Of a DNA stretch of 64,000 nucleotides, positions 52,101-62,465 are shown piece by piece. The stretch covers positions 97,218,001 through 97,282,000 of the forward strand of contig NW_024704743.1 in the NCBI RefSeq assembly GCF_018977255.1, in the 5' to 3' direction. Under the pieces are notes generated by a model. It was not told the DNA's origin and ran no database searches. It worked only from the letters and a program-made list of their open reading frames with translations. Position numbers and translations under genes: made by a program. Each line of letters opens with the position of its first letter. Within the stretch, counting starts at the first letter, position 1. Source of the DNA: Callorhinchus milii (taxonomy: Eukaryota).

Positions 52101-55100
52101 ATCATTTTGGAATAGGCTTGCTCCAGGCCTTTCTCAGGACCTTTCTGATCAACCACGTTTACTGCCATTTGCTTCCCATAGCTAATAAGTGTGACAAACT
52201 CCTTCAAAATGTGACAGCGGGCATTAAAGAATAGATGCAAATAAAATTGGCACCCTATTGCAGTTTTGTACTGCTTACTGCGATGTAATATGTTTTCAAT
52301 TTTCTTTACATTTACTTTTAATGCCTCATTTAACCTTTCGAAGAGTTGGTCAAACGCTGGACTCTTGACAGTTAGCCAAAAGGTGTACGTTGCAGGATAA
52401 AAAGCATTTTCAACTTTGCATTGTCAGGAAAAGATTATTCACAATTAAAACAACAAATAATAATAATCCTTGCATTTGTTATAAAACCTTATCATGTCAT
52501 CGAGACGTGTCAAAGCGTTTCATAGGATATACTGTAAAGTGGATTGACTATGTATTTTGTGGGTAGACACTGCAGGCAATTTGCGTAAAGCAATGTCCCA
52601 CAAACAGTTATGGGTGAGTAACCAATTTTATTTGTGGGATTTGTTGGCCAGAACACCAGGAAATACTAACTTCTCTTTTCGAATAGTGCCAATATTATCT
52701 GTAATGCATCTTTCAATTCTGATTTCCATACCAATACCTACTGAATGTGTGGCTAATCATAGAGATCTGGCAGAAGGTTTAGAATTTGTGTGCAAATTTC
52801 AAGATAAGACTGAGGAACTTTGAAATATTTTCCCACTGCCACAACCACAACCTCCTATTCATCAGGCGTGTGGGTAATGAATGTCTAGTATGTGAATGAC
52901 TAATGCACTTGTCGGCTTTGTGTCAGCTTGGCATTGATGTTAAAATTCTATGGATCAGATTGTGGATTCAAGGCCCATATTGTCACCTTGAGCTCATATT
53001 CTAGACGAGACTCCAGCATATTGTTGGGGGGAAGCAATGCATTGTCGGAAGTGCCATCCTTCAGATAAGATATTAAACTGAGATCCCTTCTACCTGTTAA
53101 GGTAACTCTCCCCCGTTTAGCTTTTCATATAGTTTTATATTTATCTCCAAACACATCATTTTTGGGGTCAGCCGGGAGTCCCATCACCACGCTTAAGAGT
53201 ATCCAAACCAAACTGAACCAATACATAGATATTTATTGAAATGGATGCGCACTCTCTCAAACACATCTCAAAACTAAGCTTTTATTAAACATTGAGAATT
53301 TACTGGGGTCTGTTTTCCAAGTTTTTTTTTACCCTTTGGGGATTTGAGATGCTGTGGCCATATGCCTGTTACCATCGAATTAAACCTCTGAGTTACTTGA
53401 AAGTTATTCTTCCCTCTTTGCTCTCGTTAATCTCTTACCAAGACCCTATCAGTGCCACTCAGAGTGGTCACTAGGTGGTGAGCAAGAGCAGCACAGGGTG
53501 AGTCTCCCTCTGCTTTCCCACTCTCTGTGGGGCATGTTTAATGTCACGGATGGGAGTGGCGTTCTCATGGGCGAGGGTGATGTACATGCAGTTACCAGCA
53601 GGAATCGATATTTACGAATCCTTTTGTGAATATCACATTTTCTATTCTAAAATCTATTGTTTCCTTTCTCTTGTTCCGATAGTATAAATGCATTCAAGAG
53701 GAAGCCAGGCCTTTACATGAGGGAGAGGGATACGAGGATATAGGAGGGAGTCATTTTTTGGGGGGTCAGCTGTGTGTCTGACACATGCGGAAACCCATCA
53801 CCATGCTTAAGAGTATCCAAAACAAACTGAGATTTCCAGGCATCCCACCTAGAGACGGAAATCCCAGAGATAGATTGTTGGAATGAAATGTGCAATCTCT
53901 CCCTGGAGGGACACATGCTGCTTACCTAATTCCAGAAAGTATTAGGCGTATAGTGTGTGTTGGGGTGCAGCTGGAGTCTAACCAGCTAAAACTGCTTAGC
54001 TTGCGATTGATATTGCTGTCCAGCAAGTTTTCCCACTGCTTGTCCAGCTAGGACCTGCAGGGTTAACAGGAGCTGAGTGGCTTGACTCCCTACCCCCAGT
54101 GACTGGTCTGCCCTTCCAGGTCCTACCGATGAGCCAGGCTGGCTGTACTGTCATCAGCAATGCCCTGGAATACTGTGGACCTGCCTGGCTCAGGAACCAT
54201 GGAGATTCACGTGGAATATAAACACTGGCATGGACTGGTTGGGCCAAATGGCCTGTTTCCATGTGTATGTACTTTGTAAATCCTTGTAAATATTCCTTGC
54301 ACTGTGGAGAACACCACCATCAATGCTGATTCAGTGGTTAATGTCGGTTCTCATTTGGATTCTCTACAGTAATATATAGACATACACAATAATTGTTTCA
54401 ATCATATGAACGGACTGGGATTTTTTGTTTATTGGATAGAAATAATAAACCACAAAAATACCAAGTATGGACTAATTTATATGGATTACTTTTCCATTAA
54501 ACCTTTATAACATGAAATTCTATTATAAAGCCTTAGCAAAAAACATTGCTGCCCTTAGCAAAAGATCCCATTATGGAATGAATTGGGTGAGAGAAGGGAG
54601 TCCTGACCAAAAATTCCCCAAATAAAATTGGGAGATGGTGCTGTGTGCAAAGTGGCTGCTGCATTCGCCCACAAAACACACAGTCACAACACTTTACAAT
54701 ATACCTTGTGAAGCGTTTTGAGCTGTGCTCCTGTCATGAAAAGCACTATGCCAACTATAAACATTTTTATCTTATGAAATTGGAGAGAAGCAAGCGAATG
54801 TTTGCAAGAGCAATATCAATAAAATAAACCCAAAAAAGGTTAAAGATTAGATGGATCAGATGGAATTTTTTCTAAAATACTGTCCAGGAATGTGAGAAAG
54901 ATGCTGGAAGAGACTCCCCTCAGTCTTCAAGCCTTAGACAAACTTGGGCTTCAGAAGAGTTAAGAATTACTGAGGGGAAAAGAAAATTTTGGCACTAAAT
55001 GTCATGAAAACAACTAAACATTCAAATATTATCTATCTGGGAAGTGAAATGACAGTGCTCAGTAATGTCACTAATCTCGGCAACGCCTGATTAAAAAGGG

Positions 55101-55124
55101 AGTTCCCCTTTCCCCACAGTGTAT

Positions 55125-55525
55125 CAACCTGGCTCAGTTATAGCTTCTGAGTCAGAAGATTCAAGCCCCATGTTAGGTCTTTGAACTTATATAGTCTAGG
55201 TTGACCACTCCTTTGCAGTGCTGAGGGTGTGCTGCATTGTTAGAGGTGATATCCTTTGGATAAGATGTTACACTAAGGACCTGTTCAAATGGACATTAAA
55301 GATCCCATGGCAGTATTCGAAAAGAGAAGAATTTCTGCCAGTGTCGTGGACAACAATCCCCAAATAAAATTGGACATTCACTTCATGGCTGTTTTTTGAC
55401 AATTGCAGTGCGCAAATTAGCTGCCACATTTGTTTACATATTAATCACAACACTTTACAGTTAATTCTCTGCTTTGAGACATCCTACTCACATAAAAGAT
55501 GATGTTTCAAATGCAAGGATTATCA
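55125..55525 (+). mobile_element. Old Deu-domain SINE (SacSINE1/AmnSINE-like)
   Basis: Core GGATAAGATGTTA...GGACATTAAAGATCCCATGGCAGTATTCGAAA...GTGTCGTGGACAAC resembles the recalled DeuSINE domain, with the same 3' tail type as the young SINE. Other copies at about 1890-2170, 9975-10266 + 14091-14310, 16470-17200, 21490-21800, 39290-39570, 41932-42330, 45485-45770 and 52457-52690. Confidence 0.78.
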
Positions 55526-56265
55526 GATTGGAGCAAGGTTAGTCATTTTATGGACCAGTAGAATTGAATCCCTTATTTGATGTTACAAAATAAAAAGCAT
55601 GAGGAAAGTCAAGGGAATGGGATTACAGTTCCAATTAACCAAATGGATAATTTTACACTCAGTTGCTACAGAGCTATAAAAACAGTGATTGGTATCTGTG
55701 CTGTACCAGGTATACCCTACAAGCAGAAATGACTAAAATGGTAAGAAAGTTCAACATAATTCAACTAGATCAGTGACGTTGACAAAATAAAAACTACCTC
55801 ACCAATTACCCTTTTATCATTCTTTCTTTAAAATCGTTCATATTTGGGCTATTTTGTTTCTCTTGTGAAACAAAAACAAATGTAAGCACACAAATTCCCA
55901 AACCTTGAGTTCAGCTGGTTTGGTACAGCTGAGGCAGCAGAGAAGTAACTGGGCCTGTAGCCTTGAGAGTGTAGCTACAGATATCACAGGGGATTCTAGA
56001 TTTACACAATGAACTAAATACAAGTCATTTAAAGTCAGGGTGCAAAACAGGAGAGCAAAGAGTTAATAGAAAAGGGAAGGACTTACATAGAGAATGAATG
56101 GCACAGATTCAGGCCATTCAACCCTACTAGTCTGTGCTGTTTTTTTGTCCTGTTCGGCAGGTTGCAAGGAAAAATAATAAAATAATAACATTCCCTACAT
56201 TTGCTGTAGCACCTTTCATGTCAGGAGGATGTCTCAACACTCTTCCCAGGACTTTCTATAAACTG

Positions 56266-56443
56266 GAGTAAACTCCTGATAACTCGACCTTGGCTAAACT
56301 TGTCACTAACACTTAAGTCATCATGCTACCAATAATGCAGTCGTATTTATTTATGCATTTATACATAGGCCTAACTCAGCATTCTGGATAACTCTTCACT
56401 GAGCCCTTTTCCCTTGGAGTGATGAGCTATCAGGAGTTTACTG
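56266..56443. mobile_element. Tigger/pogo-like MITE (~180 bp)
   Basis: Terminal inverted repeats AGTAAACTCCTGATAACTC / GAGCTATCAGGAGTTTACT (18/19), with a CAGTA-type terminus. Confidence 0.65.
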
Positions 56444-57052
56444 TTTTTTAATACAATAACATTTAATTCAGCATTTGATTAACTTCTGATCATGTTGAGA
56501 TGTCTCAAAGTGCTTCACAGTATATACAGAAAATTGGAGTGGGCCTATTTTGTGGGAGAATAAAGAATAAAAAAAACAAGAGATGGCAACACAGAACATC
56601 AACCACAGCCTGGATAATAGGTAAGTCTCCAGGAGTGACAATGATTTAATAATAGCCATCTTTTTAAAATCCTATTATAAAGTCGTATTTAAAAAAATCA
56701 CTATGTTTAGTGATCAGAGTAAGATAGATCCCCCCCTTGCCTTTGTAATTTGGTTGATGTCATTCAGTGGCCAAACATAGAATCAACTGTCCCATTCTAA
56801 GAATAGGTTTCCAATATTCTTCAAGCAATAAGTCATCCTCTTCCTCCCCAGGCAACACCATTGGCTGTAGCAACTAATGGTGTCTGGAGGCAGGAAGGCT
56901 CATTTACTGAACTAAAACAATGTGACAGAAAGTTGTGATCCCCTCCTGACTCACTGTTGACATTGCCAGCACTCAAAGCCCTGCCTCCATAGCAACACTT
57001 CACATTTTTCAAAGGGATTCATGTAAAACAGAGAAACATTTGGTAAATGTAC

Positions 57053-57145
57053 CTGCCGTTGCGGGTATCATGCTGCCGCATGTTTTTGATAAAGTGAATC
57101 TTCTTGAAGTTCTTTGGTCTGGGTGAACCTGATAGAGTCCGACAT
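57053..57145 (-). CDS. CABLES1: CABLES1 exon 3 (93 nt)
   Basis: tacag|A...AG|gtacat; encodes CRTLSGSPRPKNFKKIHFIKNMRQHDTRNG(R). Confidence 0.96.
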
Positions 57146-57656
57146 CTGTAATAAATCAAAGCAACAAAGAAAAACTGAGTGTTATTGGCTTTGAGGCAGC
57201 ATAGTCCATTCTAATTCAAAATACAAAGACAGGAAGCAAAGAGTGGACAAGACACAGGCCCAGGTTGCTGCCTTGGCATTTGAGGAAGCTGTGGCGGAAT
57301 GCGAGATGAACATTTGAGAGTAAAACGCTGATACACTCTCATTCAGCTTCCTTTGATTTTGTTGCTACATATTGCAGGTTACATTGTTGACTAATGACAT
57401 ATTTTGCAAACAGGGGACTCCGAATCTTCTCTTTGTTGCCTGAAGCAACATGCAACATACTATGGAAATGCATCCATGGCTATGTAATACATTAGTGCAT
57501 CTTTATAATGTACATCAATTAACTCACCCTAGTCTTGGAAGGCTATTGTGAAATTGTAATCGTAGACTGTAGCAGTGTTTTGTTGATTGACTAACCCACC
57601 TTACGATGGCAAAACAAACCAGTTAGAGACGTTGAGTACATTGCATGTGGTCTCAC

Positions 57657-57728
57657 CTCCGTAAGGGAGCATTTTCCTCAATATCTTCCAGGGTTTCTAA
57701 AGAAGAACGCTGGGAAATCAGTCGGCGC
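57657..57728 (-). CDS. CABLES1: CABLES1 exon 2 (72 nt)
   Basis: ttccag|G...AG|gtgaga; encodes (R)RRLISQRSSLETLEDIEENAPLR(R), as recalled for vertebrate CABLES1. Confidence 0.96.
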
Positions 57729-58445
57729 CTGGAAAGAATAAAAGGACCTCTCAATCAGTCAATCTTCACTATGACTGTAAGGAATTAACCATTTTCTTTT
57801 ACGCAATCTCATAGCAAGTGCATTCTGGCTTAATAATTGCACATGTATTAGTATATTCAAGAGCCCCCAAATACCTCATTGCCTTAATCTCAACACTCTT
57901 GCCTTACAATTTAAGATAGCACAACATTTTGGAAAATTCTTAACTTCAGTCTTTTAACAAATAGTTAAAAATTGGCTTCCAAATCGTTAAATAATTTTAA
58001 ACTCTGCACAATCTTCAATTTTAAGAAATAGTTCCAAGGCTAAAGTCAGATTTTGAAGCCTCAATTTATGTAAACCAAAGATTAAGAATATAAAGTGTAG
58101 GGGACGGGAAAGGGAGGGGGAAGAAAAAATTGAGTCTGTCCAGTAGCAATTTGTCCCTCACCGTAATTAAAAAAGAAGTCTTCATCTCTCATTATTTTAT
58201 GTGCAGGAAAAGCTGGATAAAGAGATGGATGAGATTTCTTTCTCATGTGTCAGTCTGACTCGTTCCTCGAAGGTCTTATTTGAGCACAGTCAAGCTAAAT
58301 AGAAGACATGCTCACACACGCCAACCTCTATAGCCAGAGACTGGAGTAACTCACACTGCCAGCTGTACAAAGAATCAGAAAGCACGCTTCAAAACCTCCA
58401 CCCTCACCCCGAGCACCTGTATTTGGAGTACTGGCAGGTGGGTTG

Positions 58446-58741
58446 GTAACCCGAGGACACCGATTTAAAATAGTTGTTAAAAGAGAGGTGGGGAGAAATG
58501 TTTTTTTCACAGCGAGTTGTTCGGATCTAGCATGCATTGCCTGAAAGGGTGGTGGAAGCTGATTTGATAACAGCTTTTAAGAGAGAAGTAGATAACTATT
58601 TGGGGAGGACAAGTTTGCAGGGCTATGGGGTGCAAGTTGGGGATTGGGATTGAATTGAGTAGCTCTTTTCAAAGAGCCGGCATAGACACGATGGGCCGAA
58701 TGGCCTCCTTCTGTGCTGTATAATTCTATGATTCTATGATA
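58446..58741 (+). mobile_element. CR1-clade LINE 3' fragment
   Basis: TRGHRFKI...FFTQRVV-like remnant and the tail GATGGGCCGAATGGCCTCCTTCTGTGCTGTATAATTCTATGATTCTATG. Confidence 0.85.
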
Positions 58742-59167
58742 CTGTATGTTAAACCTTCGCACAAGCTCATAACTTCTCATGAATTCTATTCACAAATAAA
58801 AAAACAAGCAAATTCTTTTCTGCTTTGTTTCCCAAGGTTTATTCAAAAGAATCAGGGAAAGAAAATGTAACTGAAAAACAGGTTCATTTGGAAAAAAATC
58901 AGGATTCAATTTTTGGAACGTCTGCTTACTTTTTGCATCGGGAAGCCTAGCTGGTTACAATACCAGCCCCCAGGAATAAGCAGGCAAGCAGGGTCCAGAC
59001 TGCACACAGCATGGCACTGTGGTAGTGGTGGATGGGTGGTGGGATGCCTCAAGCTGTGGGTGAAAATAATTTGTTTTAACTGATTGACATGCCGGTCTTT
59101 AATGTGATCTTTATTCCACTGTCACTGTCGGCTGCAGTGCAAGCAACACCCAGGTATTGGCACTTAC

Positions 59168-59450
59168 TATCCAGCTGCCTGACTGCCTCTAATGGTCGGG
59201 GAAAGTACAAGTGACAAAAGGCTGGGCTGACATCTACTGATGCTCTGAGCCTCTCAGTTGGACAGAGAGATCCAGTACTGTTTAGGATGGAAATATATAT
59301 ATATTCAAATCCCGGGTCAGTGAAAACTCCCTCTTTAAAGTGAGGCAGTACCCCCACCGCCCCCATCCTTCCCCTTTCATTTACTTCACTGTGTTAATGT
59401 ACCAAAGTTGAGGCTGTCATTGACAGCAGCAGCTGCATAAAGTAAACAGA
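59168..59450 (-). promoter_or_regulatory. Candidate alternative promoter and non-coding first exon in CABLES1 intron 1
   Basis: In minus-strand order: transcription-factor motif cluster 59413-59448, GC box 59357-59362, TATATATA 59294-59303, then a GTAAGTG donor after 59168. Confidence 0.4.
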
Positions 59451-60060
59451 GCATTAAACTCTCCCATACTATAAAGCACAGGGCACGAGTTGACCAGCTC
59501 TGCACTCAAAACTTCACTCAAGACATCTTAACTTTTATAGTAAGTGTTATAAACGTCCACCCTGTTTGCTCATGAAAAGCTCCCTCCCCCCACCCGAGAT
59601 GTTAGCAAAACTTACACCACCTGAACCCAAAGTGTGTAAACTACTCGCAACTAGAATTTACAAAGGCCTCGTATGCCAGTAAAGGTCATTCCTGAGTGAT
59701 GTCATTTCTTCATGGTACATGACAGCAGAGTATTCTTTTTGTTTTATATATAATACATTTAGTAAATCATTTCATCACATGCAGCATTTTGGAGGCAATG
59801 GAATAGATGTGGGAGTCCCCTTTGTTGATCAGAGGAGATATTGCAGTGATAATAATAATAATAATTATTACTATTATATTGCAGTGAGACCAGGAATGTC
59901 AAGAGGGGAAGGATAGAGACCAAAGCAATCAAAATGCGAGAGGCTGCAGATTTCCGTGGGTGACTTTATGATATGATTTGCAATTGCCCACCGAAAGGAC
60001 ATGCAGAATTGAAAGTTTAGTGATTCAGCCATTGCAGTACAAGCACAGAGATCTAAAACA

Positions 60061-60422
60061 TAATAATAATAATCCTTGCATTTGATATAGCGCCTTATCA
60101 TGTCTTAGAGATGTCTCAAAGCGCTTCACAGAATGTACTGTAAAGTGAATCGGCTGTATATTTCGTGGGTGAAAAGCGGCAGCCTATTATGCACAGCAGT
60201 GTCCCACAAACAGTTGGAGATTGAGTGACCAAATTATTTATATTTATTTTGAAGGAATTATTACCCCTAGAAAAGCGACTAACAACCAGGTTTCTACTTA
60301 CTGCTAGGTAAACAGAGGAGTGTGGAGTAAGGAAACTTGCCCAAAGTTTTGCGCAGCCGGGAATCGAACCCAGGTCTCTCGCTTGCGAGGCGAGTGCTGT
60401 AACCAGTGAGCTACAGGACTCC
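60061..60422 (-). mobile_element. Full-length tRNA-derived SINE, long subfamily
   Basis: Head, central block and tail are all visible. Confidence 0.9.
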
Positions 60423-61989
60423 AATGTAGGCGAATGTAGACTGGAATAATCAGCAAAAGAATGGATGATAAATGAACGGGGACGCTGGAGACAAGCAATG
60501 ACAAGTTTCTTGGACAGTGAACATAAATAAGAGTTGTTAAATGTTGCAAAGCATAAGAGAAAAGATTAAAGGTTTAACTCCATGGTTGGGGATTACTGTC
60601 CAATGTATTCATTTGACTATTCATTTGTTGCAGTGAGAACAATGATGCCCATTCATGCTCAGGCTAGTTACAAGTTTGATTTGTTTTTCTTAAATCCAGG
60701 TTAGTCACTGCAAGCTGAACTGTGTTAACCTGGAAACAATGAGACCCTATTTCTCAAACAGCCCCAACCGTACTGGTAAGGGAATTTACAAAGGATTTGG
60801 TTGCCGGCAGGGAGGTTGGGAAAATGAGGGGGAGTTATCCAGGCCGGACTCGCCTGTCTCCTAGCAACAGCCTCAAGAGAAGCATCTGAAGTGGTTGTCT
60901 GTCTGTACTCGTGGCCAAGAAGTAATAGGTGATGTGCAGAAGGGAGAGCGGTTCGATCAAAGTGGAGGCAACCCATGAGAAGTCCTCCCCACCTCGCAGC
61001 TCCAGTTGAGCACGGGATCACTTAGGTCTACTGAGGACGTGCACTAAGCGGAAGCATGGTACCCTCGGTTTCCAGGGCTGCTCTGATGGCTTGCTACGCT
61101 ACAAAATGGTCGACCTCTAAGTCATCAAGTTGCTGCTGACATCACCTCCCATATGTTCTGTGCAGAAAGTGCTGATAATGTCACTTTCTGTGTGCGTGGA
61201 TATTCAAGAAGCACCAGGTACTCGACCTGGTACTCTCCTGGTACTCGACAATATTCACAGAGATAAAACTGGTTATTCACTTCATGGTTGTTTGTGCGAC
61301 AGTGCTGTGTGCAAGTTGACTGCTGCGTTCGCACAAGATACAGTCACTACACTTTACAGCTGTGAAGGTCTTTGAAACATTCTCCTGATATATAAGGTGC
61401 TATATCAAATGCAGCGATCATTATTTTTAAACTGGTTTTGGAGACCAAAGTGCAATATATTGCATTACCCACCATTAGTGAGCATCTTACTGCTGTCAGT
61501 CCATCTAAATAACCCATTTAGATCAGCGGACAATGTATCTGCCTCCTCTCTGGAGCCCACCTTGACCTCCATGACCATGTTTCACACAATACCAAGATGT
61601 GGGGAGGGGCAGGAGCAGAAGTGGCACAAACATGCCACTGATTGACATGAGCAATTTGCACAAATGTAGTTTTTGAAATGAGGCCGGATGGTATGTGCTG
61701 GGAACAATGGGGCAGTAAGAGAATCAATTGGTTGTATTACTGTAACAAAGGCAAATAGTACGGCACTGCCCAAAATGGAGAAGCTGAGGTCCCAGAGTTA
61801 TAGGTTGGAATGCTCCATGGGGAGTCAGAGATGCAAGTCTGTCTATTCACCTCATGTTAGGGAATCTAAACTGGCATTGACCATTTTATCCTGATATTAT
61901 CTTATTATAGAGATTGGCACTGAGGGCAGTTCATGGAGGAAAGCCCACAGCCCAACTCTCCCTGACCCCCAGCCAGAAGGAGTATAAAT

Positions 61990-62465
61990 CAGTGTTTCTC
62001 CAGCTTTTTAATACGAAGGATCAGATCAGTTTCTTCTTAAAATTGTAGGAGTCCTGTAGGTCAGTGGTTGGAGCACTCACCTCGCAAGTGGGTTTGATTC
62101 CCAGCAGAGCGAAACAGGGGGAAAAGTTTCTTTACTCCACACACCTGATAATAATCCCTCAAGAAAAAAAGCACAGTAATAATTTGGTCACTCAATCCAC
62201 GACTGTTTGTGGGACACTGCTATGGGCAATTGGCTGCCGAATTTCACCTGCAAAATATACGGTCAATTCACTTTACAGTGTATTCTATGAAGCACTTTGA
62301 GACATCTAGAAGATGTGAAAAGCGCTATATCAAATGCAAGGATTATTATTATTATAAAATGCTTAATACTAAATGAACCTGTCTGGTCACTTGGTCTAAA
62401 GATATCACTGGTATGGGTAAGCCATCGAGTAATCGGAGAGCACCATCAGTCTTTGAGAAACACTG
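61990..62465. mobile_element. hAT/Charlie-like MITE interrupted by a SINE (62048-62355)
   Basis: Termini CAGTGTTTCTC and GAGAAACACTG; no clear 8-bp target-site duplication. Confidence 0.62.

Noticed and set aside
15913..57728. Calling the gene CABLES2
   Set aside because: Exons 2-4, 6, 9 and 10 carry CABLES1-type residues and the neighbour is TMEM241. Only a few positions look CABLES2-like.
250..62355. Recurring GCATTTGATATAGCGC / TAATAATAATCC motif as a CRISPR-like array
   Set aside because: Spacing is irregular and kilobase-scale, on both strands, and always part of SINE tails in a eukaryotic context.
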